Shown in pieces: positions 1-12,731 of a DNA stretch of 64,000 nucleotides. The position numbers were made by a program, and so were the translations under genes. The notes under the pieces are model-generated. The model made no database searches. It was given only the letters and a program-made list of their open reading frames with translations, and was not told the origin of the DNA. The stretch's first letter is position 1. Each line of letters starts with the position of its first letter. This DNA comes from Vicugna vicugna (Eukaryota): positions 1,047,879-1,111,878 of the forward strand of contig MU057801.1 in NCBI GenBank assembly GCA_013265495.1, in the 5' to 3' direction.

Positions 1-20
1 ACACACACACACACACACAC
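1..20. repeat. (AC)n microsatellite, cut by the window edge
   Basis: Direct observation. Confidence 0.95.
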
Positions 21-360
21 TGCTAGGTGAAATTTATAAATCCTAAAGAAGCTAGTAAGAGGGGGAAAGCCTTAATATGGTGTGATTAAAAAAAAAATAA
101 ACCAACAGAGGAAAAAAATGTCTTTACCCAGGCAGTTCATGCCTAGGTATGTTCTGCAATAATAGACCCTGGCTGTCCAGCCTGAGACAAGGCTCTGCTG
201 AGGGTGGGCCATGGGCAACTCCTGCTGAAAGTCACATCTGAAGACTTTGTTTTAAAACTGGAGACTTCAGGATAACCTGAAATTATCCAGACAGAGTGGG
301 CTGGTCGACTAGGCAGCTGTCTACTTCTGAAGTACAGAATGAGGATCAAGAGTGCTGGTG

Positions 361-540
361 ACAGGTAAACAACAAGAACCTACTGTACGGCACAAGGAAC
401 TATATTCAATTTCTTGTAATAACCTATAATGGGAAAGAATATGAAAGAAATATCTATACGTGTGTATATGTATAACTGAATCCCTTTGTCGTACACCTGA
501 AACTAACATTGTAAATCAAGTACACATCAATAAAAAATGT
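361..540 (+). mobile_element. 5'-truncated L1 3' end (cetartiodactyl type)
   Basis: aacaacaag..ctactgtac.gcac.ggaactatattcaat...tgtacacctgaaactaaca..tcaataaaaaa is typical of an artiodactyl L1 3' UTR. Confidence 0.8.
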
Positions 541-561
541 TTTAAAAAAGAGTCCATGTGA

Positions 562-758
562 CAGTTGAACAACAAGGTCCTACTGTACAGCACAGGGAAC
601 TATATTCAATAGCTTTAATAAGCTATAATGAAAACGAATATATATGTATAACTAAATCACTGTGCTGTACACCAGAATCTAATACAATATTATAAATCAA
701 CTATACCTCAATTAAAAAAATAAATGAATAAAAATAAAAATACATTGTGCTCTAAGAA
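562..758 (+). mobile_element. Second 5'-truncated L1 3' end with 18-bp TSD
   Basis: Same family motifs as 361-540; flanked by AAAAAAGAGTCCATGTGA at 544-561 and 759-776. Confidence 0.85.
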
Positions 759-1224
759 AAAAAAGAGTCCATGTGAGCTTGTAAAAAAAAATTAAAACAC
801 AAATGTTTTATTAAAGGACCCACCAAAAATGAGAAAAATTAATCCCTTCCATTCATTTGACTATTTTTCTTCATAATTCTGCTTTTGCAGATATCATCCC
901 ATCTGAGTCTCCCAGAAATGCCAGAGGTGTGATTACTGCTTGAGTTGGGGATGGGACACGACTCATTCATGACTCACAGAGTAAGAGCTAGAACCCACAT
1001 TTCTTGACTTCTTGTCCAGTGCTCTTTCCAAACATCGGTTTAAGATAGCTAACACAACTTTGAATTTTTCGCTTTTTTAAGCCCTCTCTCCAATACTCAA
1101 TAAAGTTAAGCACTTTAATATTCTGAACCTCTTTCAGAATTCAGCAAATAAGAGAAGTATTCTTGGCTGGGAGCCAACTCAGCCCTAGGTTTAGCTCTGA
1201 CCTTGGACTAGTTACTCTATAACT

Positions 1225-1600
1225 TGAGCTGTGTTCTCTCAGAATCTGACCTTGAGACAAAAATTAGAGGGCAAGTACATTTTTCAGAGGGGATCTCAGG
1301 AAGCAGCACAGTAGGGGGAGCAGGGAAAAGAAACGTGGAAGGGAAAACAGCAAGAAACACTGAATTATCAATCATGGTACCATTGTTTGCAACTGGAGCT
1401 TACTCCTGCTACAGGAGCTTTGGGAGGTAAGGGGTTTGTAGCATCCAGCTCTCCCATTGGCTGGGTGCTAATTTCCCATCACTGCAGACCTGCCCCACGA
1501 GAGGCAGAGCAGACGCTGGCCACCAAAGAAGCTCTGAGGCAAAGAGCTTCGGGTGCTGGTGGTTGGATGGCGGGCCAACGTGCATGGAAATTGTTTGTGC
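1225..1600 (-). mobile_element. Old ERVL LTR (LTR16-like)
   Basis: ttctctcagaa..gaccttgagacaa...ggcaagta...gatctcaggaagca resembles the recalled LTR16 consensus. Confidence 0.55.
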
Positions 1601-1639
1601 CGTTGTATTTTCCAGGAATGTCTTCAGCTAAATCTCGCA

Positions 1640-2525
1640 GCCCATATGTTCTGCAGTGTGCCTTTGCCACTCTCCCTTCAAGGGGTGGAATCTATTTCTG
1701 CCCCTTCTTGAATCTGAGTGAGCCCCATGACTGCTTTGCCAACAAAACATGGTGGAACATTGTCCCAGCTCCATTTCCTGTTTCCTGGAATTCTGGCTTC
1801 TAGAATACTCCCTCTCAGAACCCAGCCACCATGATGAGAGAATTCCAAACCTGGAGACGAAACAGGCTGGCATGCTGGTCAGCAGCCCCAGCTGAGCTCC
1901 CAGCTGACAGCCAGTATCAACCACTAGCCACAACGGTGAGTCTTCTTGGACGTCCAGCCCAGGAGAGCCTTCAGAAGACATCTGACTATAACCATATGAG
2001 GCACCTGACATGGTTTTATGTGTGATCTTGGCCAGGCTATGGTACTGGGTACTGAGTTATTTAAATGAACACTAATCTAGATGTTGCTGTGAAGGTATTT
2101 TGTAGATGATGTAGTTAACATCTAAATCAGTTGACTTTAAATAAGAAGATTATCCTCAGTACTGTGGGTGGGACTCACCCAGTCATGATGCCTTAAGAGC
2201 AAAAACTGAGCTTTTCTGGAGAAGAAGAAATTCTGCCTCAAGACTGATGCATCAGCTCCAGCTTGAGTTTCTAGACAATTCCAAAGAAGAAAGAAAGAGA
2301 GAGAGAGAATAGAGAAAGGAAGGAAAGGAGGAAGGAAGGAAGGGAGAGAGAAAGAATTATACAGTTGTATATATTATTTATTCTGTTTCTCCGAAGAACC
2401 CTTACTGATACAGACCCAAGCAAGAACTACCTAGCTGAGCCCTGTCAGCTCACAGAAGAATGAAAGATAATTTTAAAAATCTTTTTAAAAAATCATTTAT
2501 CATGCAACAGTAGCTAATCAGAACA
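1640..2525 (+). mobile_element. MaLR LTR (MLT1-type), interrupted by an MLT2 LTR
   Basis: cccagctgagctcccagctgacagccag and gaacccagccaccatg motifs; resumes after ~2412 (aagaactacctagctgagccc...agctaatcagaaca). Confidence 0.65.
2008..2412 (+). mobile_element. MLT2 (ERVL) LTR with internal purine-rich simple repeat
   Basis: aacactaatctagatgttgctgtgaaggtattttgtagatg...ttctgtttct..gaaccct.actgataca. Confidence 0.75.
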
Positions 2526-3789
2526 GAATCTGACATTGTCTACTAAACCCTACTTCTCTGGACCAGTGTCATCATCCCTGCAGTGACTATCCTCTAGATT
2601 TACCTTTTAAGTCCCTTCAAACATTCTTGTTCTCAGAATCTCAGGACTCATTAATCAGAGGGACTATTTTGCTGTCAATAAGTTGATAGTACACATTATA
2701 TTAAGACCAAGACAAGCAAAATATGAAACAATTAATAAAAATGAAGTAAGATACTATAGACCAATTCCTAAATGGTGGAAGTTGTAGGACGTGAAGAGGT
2801 TATAGAGTTAATTAAATAGTTGGTAAGTTAAGGTGAAAGAGGCTTCATTTTGCTTTTGCTGTAAAGTTACTCAAAGAAACCATAAATTATTTCTGTGGTT
2901 TTATGACAAGGGAGGTTTTATCTGATGCTTTTGAAAAACACAATGACACTGACCTTGTCTCCAGGCTTTCTATAGAATAAGAGGTAATCATTTGCTTTGA
3001 TGATGTGGCCAAAATATTCCGGAGATGTAGTTGACTATTTTAATGGAAATAACGTGAGGCCCAACTATTCTCCTGCTCTTGGAATGCCCAGGTGCATTCT
3101 TTGAGCTTTGAGGGGTCATGGGAAATCTTTGTGTTCCTCTTCCGCTCCCTCGCAGATGATTCTTTCCCCTTCTGTCCTTTTGTTGCCCAAAGATAATCAT
3201 GTCACAGTTTCCAAACATGCTCATTAGAGATGTATTCCTAAGGAGAATTCAGCTTTGAAAGAATCAGGCTTTAGAAAGGTAGGCAGTTTAGAGAGTGCTG
3301 CAGAAGGACCCTCGTGGGGTGTTGAACACGGGGAAGTGATAGAGAGCTTTGGCTTCGTGCTCCTGTGCTCCCCGACAGGCTGCTTCTCTCCACACCTTTC
3401 AACATCCAGTCGGCCCAGGGCTCTCTCTCTTCATTTCATATTGTCACTTCTAGACATCTGAATCGTTTCATTCCCTCTATTTTTTACTTAAAATTCATTC
3501 CATCAATTCACAGTTTCTGCTGGGTGATGCAGAGCACTGGAAAGAGTGCTGTTCCTCATACTACAACAAACCCCAGAAAATCAGCAAGCATTTAATTGAT
3601 AAGTACAAGGTCCTTTCCTTGAATGCATTGGGGTGCTAATGTCGCCAGGCAACAGACTGGCCCAGGACAGGTCCAGGTTGAGACCTCTTCACGCGCAGTC
3701 CCACCCACCCTCCAGCTTCCGTGCGTCCACTGAGTTCTTCCACCCAGATTGTGCAGGAGCAGTGGGATGGTTTCCTTTTCAGCAGGGTA

Positions 3790-4170
3790 GTGGATTCGTG
3801 TTGCCCTGTAATAAGTTTTGAAATCAGTCTTACTTCTGCAACTGTCTTCTTTTTTAGAGTTATTTTGGCTATTCTAGGTCCTTTTCTTTTCCCTATGACT
3901 TTTAGAATCAGCTCATCAATTTCTGTAAAAGCGCCTGCTGGGATTTGGGCTGGGATTCCATTGAATCTATAGATCAACTTGGGGGGAGCTGACACTTTAA
4001 CAGTGTTGGGTCTCCTGACCCGTATTTCTCTCCATTTATTTAGATCCTCTTTAATGTCTCTCAGCTATATACACACAGTCTTCAGTGCACAGAACTTCCA
4101 CCTCTTTTGTCAGATTTATCTCTAAGTGTTTCATATTTGATGCTTTTATAGAAGATGTTTTTTATTTGTA
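3790..4170 (-). mobile_element. L1 ORF2 fragment
   Basis: Minus ORF reads PKLIYRFNGIPAQIPAGAFTEIDELILKVIGKRKGPRIAKITLKKK, an L1 ORF2p signature. Confidence 0.85.
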
Positions 4171-4204
4171 CCGTTTTTTTTAGATTCCACTTTTCTTAAT
4201 ATGC

Positions 4205-4291
4205 TTTTTTAAAAATTAGAGTTACTAGGGATTGAACCCAGGACCTTAAGCATGCTAAGCATACGCTCTACCACTGAGCTATACCTTCCCC
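4205..4291 (-). mobile_element. tRNA-derived SINE (camelid Vic-1-like)
   Basis: Reverse complement: ggggaaggtatagctcagtggtagagcgtatgcttagcatg..ggtcctgggttcaatccc (A and B boxes) plus A-rich tail. Confidence 0.85.
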
Positions 4292-4344
4292 GCCCATGAA
4301 GCTAGCTTTCATAACCAGCATCCTATTACACTGAGAAAATGATA

Positions 4345-4630
4345 TCTTCTTCAGACACAGGCTACATACTGTGTAATTATACTTACATGAAATTTTCAGA
4401 ATAGGAAAATATACAGAGACAGAAAGTAGACTTGTGGTAGCCAGGCACTGGGGGCCCAGAGGAATGGAGAGTGACTGCTAATGGATACAGAGTTTCTTTG
4501 GGAGTTGATAAAAATGCTCTAGAATTAAATAGTTGTGATGGTTTTGCAACTCTTTGAATATGATGAAAACCATTGAATTGTACACTTTGAGAGTAAATTT
4601 TATGATAGGTGAACTATACCTCAATTTCTT
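4345..4630 (+). mobile_element. L1MB-type 3' UTR
   Basis: cagagacagaaagtagacttgtgg...gttgtgatggtt..gcaac...ccattgaattgtacacttt...tatacctcaat. Confidence 0.8.
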
Positions 4631-4954
4631 AAAATTTCCCATCAGTCAGTACTTTTGGGTGGTCTTCTGGGTGGGGTTCTGGTCCCAGAGCTGGGCTGAA
4701 GAACGTCAAATCTGGTCTTTCTGTAGAAGACATATAATTGAGTTGTGGTGATGAACTGTGGATAAATTGGGAGTTGGGGATTTGCAGATACACACAATTA
4801 TACATAAAAATGGGTAAACAACAACCTCCAATGACTCTCCCCATCTCTCAAAGGGATATTCTTCCCACCTTCTAAGAAGTGATACCGGCTTATGTTTATT
4901 GAAGGGTAACTTGACCAGACATGACGCTAAGGGCATCACACAGGCCAAATCACC

Positions 4955-5120
4955 ACGTTTAAGCCTCTCAACAAGCCTAAGAGGAAGACACTGTTATTAT
5001 CACCATTTCCCAGTTGAGGAATTTGAGAAACAGCAAGGTTAAGTAATCTGCCCAAGGTCACACAGCTTGTAAGAGGAGGTGGTAATACATTAAAATTCTC
5101 AGCCTCTGTGTTCTACCACT
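4955..5120 (-). mobile_element. MIR SINE
   Basis: ggttaagtaatctgcccaaggtcacacagct is the reverse complement of the MIR core. Confidence 0.75.
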
Positions 5121-5967
5121 TCTCCAGGACAGGATGGCAAGTGCTTCTTGGAGCAAAGAGGGTGTTCTCTGTGGCAGTCACCACCCAGGCACCCTAGGAA
5201 GAAATGAAGCCAATAGGTCTACAAAGACACACGCCATAGATAATTGCAGACGATGGGAAAAGTAGAACGTTCAATATCCAGCACCCTGTCACCCCGTAAA
5301 CACAAACACAGAGCTGCCCAACTAAATGGTGTTTATTATGCAAAACCCTGTGGTTTCAACCTGCCTGCGAGTTTTAAGAGCAAGCCTAGAGCGTCCCTTT
5401 GTTTCCAATCCTTGTGGTTAGGAGTACTTGTTGAACTCTGGTGAGAAGTGCATCCAAGTGGCAAACAATTATGAAATCCACCAAATGAATCTCAGCATTC
5501 AGAGCCTTCACACGTGACATCAGCACCTGCAGGGAGGCAGAGCATCCCCTGCCGGGCGGAACCAAGCCACCATCCGGTCCTGCAGGGAGAGGAGTGCTGG
5601 CTTCGATGCTCCAAGTCCATCACCTCTGAGGAGTCCTTTTGTCAACAATGGGATAATCCTGGAGACCTCATGGAAGCACAGATTCAAGGACTTCAGTGGA
5701 AATCATGGGCACGCAAGAGCTGTGCGGCAGAGTGAGCCCATCTCATTCACAACCACTCATACAGTTTTTCAGTTCTTATTTAGCTTTCGTGGAACACGCA
5801 TATTTTAGAGACCCACACGTTAGTTGTTGGTTTACATGATATGAAATAAAACGTGGAAATCTATGTTTTCATTTTATTTATTGGAATTTGCACCCAATCC
5901 TTATTGTTTTAAATGAACAATTACAAATGTCTTAGAGCAAAACACTCTTAGTAACCTCCTGTCCTCC

Positions 5968-6962
5968 TGTATTAGTCAGGGTTCGCCAGAGAAAGAGAAC
6001 CAGCATGACTGATACAGGTAGAGGTAGGTAGATAGACAGACAGACAGACAGACAGACACATAGATAGATAAGACAGATACACAGACATACCCCATTTTTT
6101 CGTCTTGACTTTATTGCACTTCACAGATACTGCTTTTTTTTGGTACAAATTGAAGGTTTGTGGCAGCCCTGCACTGAGCAAGCCTATTGGTGCCATTTTT
6201 CCAACAGCATTTGCTCTCTTCATGTCTCCGTGTCACATTTGGGTAATTCTCTCAATCTTTCAAACTTATAAGGTATTATATTTGCTGTGGTGATCTGTGA
6301 TCAGTGATCTTTTATGTTACTATTGCAAAGAGATTATGACTCACTGAAGGCTTGGATGATGGTTAGCATTTTTTAGCAATTAAATACTTAAAATTAAGGT
6401 ATGCACTTTTTTTAGACATAAAACTATTGCACACTTAATAGACTACAGTAGAGTGTAAATGTAACCTTTGTATATGCTGGGAAACCAAAAAAATTGTGTG
6501 ACTCTCTTTATGGTGATATTTGCTTTATTTAGTTTGTCTGGAATTGAAATCACAATATTTCTAAGGTACGCATATATCTATAGTTGGAGAGAGAGAGAGA
6601 GATTGGTCGATTTCAAAAGATTGGTGTATGCAGCTGTGGGGACTAGCAGGTGTGAAGCCCAGAGGGCAGGCCTGCAGGCTGGGCATTTCAGCACGAGTTG
6701 ATGTTGCAGCCCTTAAGACACAGGCAGTCTGGGGGCAGAATTCCTTTTTCTTCTAGGGACTTCACTCTTTTCTCTTATGGCCTTCAACTGATTTGATGAG
6801 GCCCACCACATCATTGAAGGCAATCTGTTTTACTCAAAATCTACTGATTTAAATGTTAATCACATAAAAAAAAAATACCTTCACAGCAATGTCTAGACTG
6901 GTATTTGACCAAACAACTGGGTACCATGGCCTTGCCAAGTTGACACATAATTGACAATCACA
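5968..6962 (-). mobile_element. MLT2 (ERVL) LTR split by a Tigger1-derived element
   Basis: Starts tgtattagtcagggttc.ccagagaaa, ends gccaagttgacacataa..caatcaca; internal (AGAC/AGAT)n. Confidence 0.8.
6082..6574 (+). mobile_element. Tigger1 internal-deletion derivative (TcMar DNA transposon)
   Basis: Degenerate TIRs cagacatacc...aggtacgcata; Tigger1 motifs acaaattgaaggtttgtggca and cacacttaatagactacagt. Confidence 0.85.
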
Positions 6963-7139
6963 CTCCCCCTGGGGGTCACTATTACCTCCCACCAAGAATG
7001 GCATCTCATCTATTAGTTCTGGCTTTCTACTTCCCAGTGACTTGTGACCTCCCTCTCGTCCTCACCATGCTGAAACATCTTTCTGCTTTATTTCTAGATC
7101 TGCACCGTTTAAAAAAGTACCAACTAAACAGATGTTCTC

Positions 7140-7312
7140 TAAAATTGTAATTTTAGTAAGTTAAAATGAAACAAAATGAAAAGTTCAGTCCCACAGTTGC
7201 ACCAGCTACGTTCAACTGCTCAATGGTCACACGTGGCTAGTGGCTACTGTATTGAACAGCACAGAACAGAGCATTTCCATCATTGCCGAAGGTCCCAGTG
7301 GATAGAGCTGTT
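7140..7312. mobile_element. MER3-like hAT-Charlie MITE
   Basis: cacgtggctagtggctactgtattgaacagcacag..catttccatcattgc. Confidence 0.7.
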
Positions 7313-7499
7313 TCAGATGTTTCTTCACTGTAGCTTTGCCTTTGCTGGCTAGGCCTCTCTCCTCAGGCACTGACCCTTAATCTCAGAGTTCCAGGTCTGC
7401 AGTCTCCTTAACCATCTGGATAGTCACATAAATTCCTCACTGAGAATGTTGTGGAAAGATAGTTTGATGTATTTGTGCAATCATTGCTTGGAATGCTTG

Positions 7500-7870
7500 T
7501 GTATTGGTCAGGATAAGTAATGCTACCTGCTGAAACAAACAGCCCCAAAAGATCAGTGACTCAACAAAATAAAGATTTATTTCTTGCCCAAGTTACAGTC
7601 CTGTGCTCTCTGCAGCCATTCACTCTTCTTCCAGGGTCTCAGAGTTCTCCACTGGGTCCTCTGACATCCAACTGGCCACCTAATGAAAAGTAGAGAAGAC
7701 AGTACAGGTTGTAGGGGCAAACCTGGAAGTGGTTGCGTCACTTCTGCTCATATTTCATTGCCCAGACTGGGTCATGTAGACCCATTTCACTGCTAGAAAG
7801 GATGGGAAATGTAGTCTTTCTGAGGAAAAAAAATGAACAGGATGGTGATCACACAGTGCTGTATCACAGT
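7500..7870 (-). mobile_element. Old MaLR LTR (MLT1J/K-like)
   Basis: tattggtcaggata..gct..aacaaacagcccc...aaataaagatttatttcttg; gaagtgg..gcgtcacttctgctca. Confidence 0.55.
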
Positions 7871-8393
7871 ACGTAGAAAGTGCGTATTATGTCAAGGAAT
7901 ACTATCCCCAAATGATGAACTATGTATGTGTAAAAGCCCTTCTGGGTCACACGGTATGTATTTTTACACATCTCATACAAGGAAAACAAAAGTATCAGTA
8001 ACTATCAAACGATGAGTTTCAAGGCCATATAGACTGGAGGATGGGGAAGAGTGGACTTTGGAATTGGAAGAGGTCTGTGTTTAAATGCCAACACTACCAC
8101 TAGCTGGCTAAAAACACACTGGCAGTGTGATCTTAAGCCAGTTGCTTAAACTTGTGGGGCCCTCAAAGGCCCCTCATGGGGTTTAAATGAGACAATAAAT
8201 GCTTACATCAGTGTAAACACTCTGTGGCAGGAGGGGCTACGTACACGTCTACATGTGACATCACATACTTACCCCTACCTTCTGTTTTTGAGTCACCTCT
8301 ACTTATAAGCTGAATTTTCTAACTGTATAAGGTGCAATGTCTACTATTTCTGTGTAGTGACTGCAAAATGAGATACTGTCCCATGTTCCTGTC

Positions 8394-8868
8394 TGCTACA
8401 GTTTGAATTGTGTCTCCTCCCCACCCCCCAAATTCCTATGTTGAAGCCTTCACTCCTAGGACCTCAGGATGTGACCTTGTAAGGAAACAGGGTCATTGCA
8501 GGTGTAATTGGTTAAGATGAGGTCACATTGGAGAAGAGTGGGCCCCTAATCCGATAGGACTGGTCTCCTTATAAGAGGGGAAATTTGGGGGACACACACG
8601 GGCAGATTGCCACATGAAAATAAAGGCAGGAATTGAGTGATGCCCTCTCAAAGCTAAGGAAAGCCGAAGGTGGCCCGAAAACCACCAGGAGCTGGAGGAA
8701 AGGCATGGAACAGAGCAGATTTTCCCTCACAGCCTCCAGAAAGAACCCACTCTGCCGATATCTGCAGCTCAGACTTCTGGTCACCACAATGATGACACAA
8801 TGAATTTCTATTGTTTAAGCCACTTGGTTTGTGATACCTTATTATGGATGTCCTAGGAAACTGAGACA
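8394..8868 (+). mobile_element. MLT1C-like MaLR solo LTR
   Basis: tgctacagtttgaattgtgtc...gttaagatgaggtca...ccaccaggagctggagg.aaggcatggaacag...ctaggaaactgagaca. Confidence 0.85.
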
Positions 8869-10060
8869 ATATCCAAGCAATTATTGACTCAAATACACAG
8901 AATTTAATTGTAAAATTGTATGGTGTTTACATTCTAAAATGTAAAATCCTGATTTCAATGTATTTCCAAAATCAATTTTCCATTCATTGATCCATCGTTT
9001 TAGAGTTCCAAAAACAGCAGCAATTTCATATAAGCCACCCTAAGATCCATTTGGCTGCTGGGATAAAACATTGGCTTTCCTTGATGTTTGCTTAGCAGGG
9101 CATCAGGGACCCATCTTTAGAACTAGGTTCATTTATGTGACCTCAATGACTGGTGGTGTGACCTTGGGCAAATCCCTTACAGAGAGCCCTGAACCATTCT
9201 CCTCCTCTGAAACATAAGTGGGTGAGGCTACGTTTCTCTTGACATCCAGCTAAGATACTCTGTGGCTTACAGGAAACCTGGTCATCCAGCAGACCTGTTG
9301 GCCTGTGGTCCAGGTGAGCTAAAAGCAGAGCAGCTTACAGAAATCATCTCTGCTAATAGAAAGGGATTTAAGAACAATATTAAAAGAGAATGCTCCAGCA
9401 AATTAAATATTCTAAGTGAAGAACTCCAAATTTATTAAAAGTCTGTTGCCATTGAGAATGCATAATTTTAGCATAAATACTCTAGAAACATTCATTTAGT
9501 TTGCAAGGTGTTATTGTTAATAAACAGACCCTGCATCTAGGTTTGTCATGTGTTACTAATAAATCAAGCAAAGAATGCAAATTATAATTATTTTGAATTA
9601 TCTATTTACTGTTTAATTATATTTAATTTTAGACTCTGTTAAAATGGCCTAAGAAAAATTTGGGATGCTAAAAGATGGCTTCATTTGTGTATTTACTGAA
9701 AATAATTAGTTATATTCTTTGTTTGGGAATTTTTTTCCCTTAAAAACTAATCTGGGTAGACATGGACCTAAATAAAATATCATCAAACATGCATTTTTTT
9801 TCTGCCAGGGTTGTAGCAAAATACTGTTTGCACTAAAATCAGTGAGGTAAACCTTTGCACACTACCATGGGATCAATTTAATATAATGATTTGCTATAAC
9901 AATGAAATAAATGTAACATCAGTACCACCCTTAGATCCAGGCAAGAGGGCCCCTGCCCTGGCTTCTAGATATCACACAGCCTGTTCTGGCTTTGTCTGGC
10001 CATGCCGCTCCATACAAGACATGGAGGCCCCAGGGCCAGGGGACACGTTTGCATGAAGCA

Positions 10061-10107
<47 letters not shown>
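10061..10107. repeat. (CT)n(CA)n compound microsatellite
   Basis: Direct observation. Confidence 0.95.
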
Positions 10108-10429
10108 CTTCCTAGGACACAGTCCAGGTATACACCACCCTGACATCCCTGCTCCTTTCCAAGGCCTCTTAAGACCGGTTACTTGGGTCCTTCCTGCAAG
10201 GGTGACCATCATTGGTGTGGTTACCCTTCAGCCCAAGGAACAGCCAAGAGGAGGCTGAGACGGGGGAGAGGACAGAGCTGGGACTTATGGAGTGGGGTGG
10301 GGGAGGAGGGAGACACATTTCTGACTGTGTGTATAGCCCCTTGCAGGGCAGGACTGGGCCTGCAGGAGGGGGGTGGGGAGAATTAAGGGGTGAGATGGGA
10401 AAGAGGTTAAAGAACAAAACTTCCCTGTG

Positions 10430-10928
10430 GTTGGTTGGTTGGTTATTTATTTATTTATTTATTTTTATGAAGTTGAATTGATTTACAATGTTGTGTTAGT
10501 TTCTGCTGTATAGCAGTGATTCAGTTATACATTTATGTATCTACATATTCTTTTCCTGATTATTTTTCATTATACGTTATTCCAAGATATTGAATGTAGT
10601 TCCCTGTGCTCTACAGTAGGACCTTGTTGTTTATCTATATTATATATAGTAGTTGGTATCTGCTAATCCCAAACTCCTAATTTATCCGCACCTTCCTCCC
10701 CTTCCCCCTTGGTAACCATAAGTTTGTTTTCTATGTCTGTGAGTCTCTTTCTGTTTTGTAAGTAAGTTCATTTGTTTCTTTTTTTTTTTTTAGATTCTAT
10801 ATATAAGTGATATCACGTGATATTTGTCTTTCTCGGTCTGACTTACTTCACTTAGTATGATAATCTCTAAGTCCATCTATGTTGCTGCAAATGGCATTAT
10901 TTCATTCTTTTTATGGTTAATATTCCAT

Positions 10929-10974
<46 letters not shown>

Positions 10975-11462
10975 ACATCTTTATCCATTCATCTGTTGAT
11001 GGATCTTTAGGCTGCTTCCATGTCTTGGCTATTGCAAAAATGCTACTATGAACATTGGGGTGTGTGTATCTTTTTGAATTAGAGTTTTCATCTTTTCCAG
11101 ACTTAAGCCCAGGAGTGGGATTGCTGGATCATATAGTAAGTCCGTTTTTAGTGTTTTAGGAACCTCCATACTGTTCTCCATAGCGGCTGCACCAATTTAC
11201 ATTTCCACCAGCAGTATAGGAGGATTGCCTTTTCTCCACACCCTCTCCAGCATTTATTATTTGTAGACTTTTTGATGATGGCCATTCTGACCGGTGTGAG
11301 GTGATACCTCATTGTAGTTTTGATTTGCATATGTCTAGTAATTAGCGATGTTTAGCATCTTTTCATGTACCTGTTGGCCACCCGTATGTCTTCTTTGGAG
11401 AAACTTCTATTTATGTCAACTGATTTTTTGATTGGGTTGTTTGTTACTGAGTCATATGAGCT
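10430..11462 (-). mobile_element. L1 3' ~1 kb (ORF2 C-terminus + 3' UTR) with (TTTA)n tail and internal (CA)n at ~10932-10975
   Basis: Minus [37 protein letters not shown]...[12 protein letters not shown] is the ORF2p Cys-rich C-terminus. Confidence 0.92.
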
Positions 11463-12653
11463 CCCCTGTGTTTTATGGAGACACATTAGTCAAGGTAGGA
11501 GAGGACATACTTTATCTACAATTTGTCATCTTGATTTATAATTATTTAACATTTCAATAGATGGTGTGAGAGTCTCCATCCATACTCTTGCTCCAGACCT
11601 GGCAAATGTGAAGAGAAGGCTGGCCTTTGAATGGTCAATTTTATATCGCAGAGCTTTGAATGGCCCGCTGCTGCTGCTGCTGATCTATTTACTAGTTTGT
11701 CGCCTAGCACACGAGTTAAGTGAAATTAATGACTAAGAAAAAACAAAAGTGAAGAATAAGAAACTAAAGAAACTCTATAGTTTCTTTTTTCCACCCTGTG
11801 GGTTTTGGAATATGGTTATCAGTCTCCAAGAAGCTTTTCCCCTACGTGGGTAATGATGATGATGCTTCCTGTGTGCTGGGCCCCCTTCTGCTACTTACAT
11901 TAACGAGTCTCATCATTACAGAAAGGACATAGGTGGGCCCTGAAGGAACAGCCTCCCTGTAATATGAGGAACCCGGGACGTCAAGAGGGTGATTTGTACG
12001 TGGTCACACGGCTGGGCAGTGGAAGAAGGGACTGGAGGCCAGGCAGGGGGCTGTAGAGTCCCCGCCAAGTGTTGTACAGGGTGTTTGTCTACCGAGCTGT
12101 CTGCACAAATGTCTGCTTGCAAGCTATTTGCTAGCAACTTTCTGCTCTTCACCAACCGTTAACGTGATCCGAGCCCTAGCCACAGTCGCGGGGTCAGCTT
12201 GGGTTTTCAAGTCAGGGGGTTGTTCTTCCGTCAGGGTTGAGCATACTTGCTTAGTACTGTGAGTTTTGTCTTTGTCTTTTTTGTGCTTTGTTTTGCTTTA
12301 AGTGCTGGTAGGAGAAAAAGTTTAGCACAGTGCTGGCACTCAGCAAATTCTGGAAAGAAGGGAGGGAAGGAGAGAATGCACCTTGTAAAATTAAAGCAAT
12401 CTGAGACCAAAGACAAAAATGATCACGTGAATCACTCCCGCCCGGCCTCCATTCTCTATCCGAGGGGCGGGGATCGCGGGGTAGGCTTCTGATCTGGCCC
12501 TCAGAGAAGGCCCCCGCCAGGAGGAGGGCCAGGGTCTCTCTCGTGAGAACTCTGAATGGTGAGGGGAGAGAAAGACGCCACTCACGCGGCGGAGAGGACT
12601 GGGGACAGAGCCCACAAGGCCGCCTCTCCACTACCTACCTGCAGCCTCGGCCC

Positions 12654-12731
12654 NNNNNNNNNNNNNNNNNNNNNNNNNNNNNNNNNNNNNNNNNNNNNNN
12701 NNNNNNNNNNNNNNNNNNNNNNNNNNNNNNN
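12654..12731. other. Assembly gap (78 N)
   Basis: Run of n within the GC-rich promoter. Confidence 1.
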
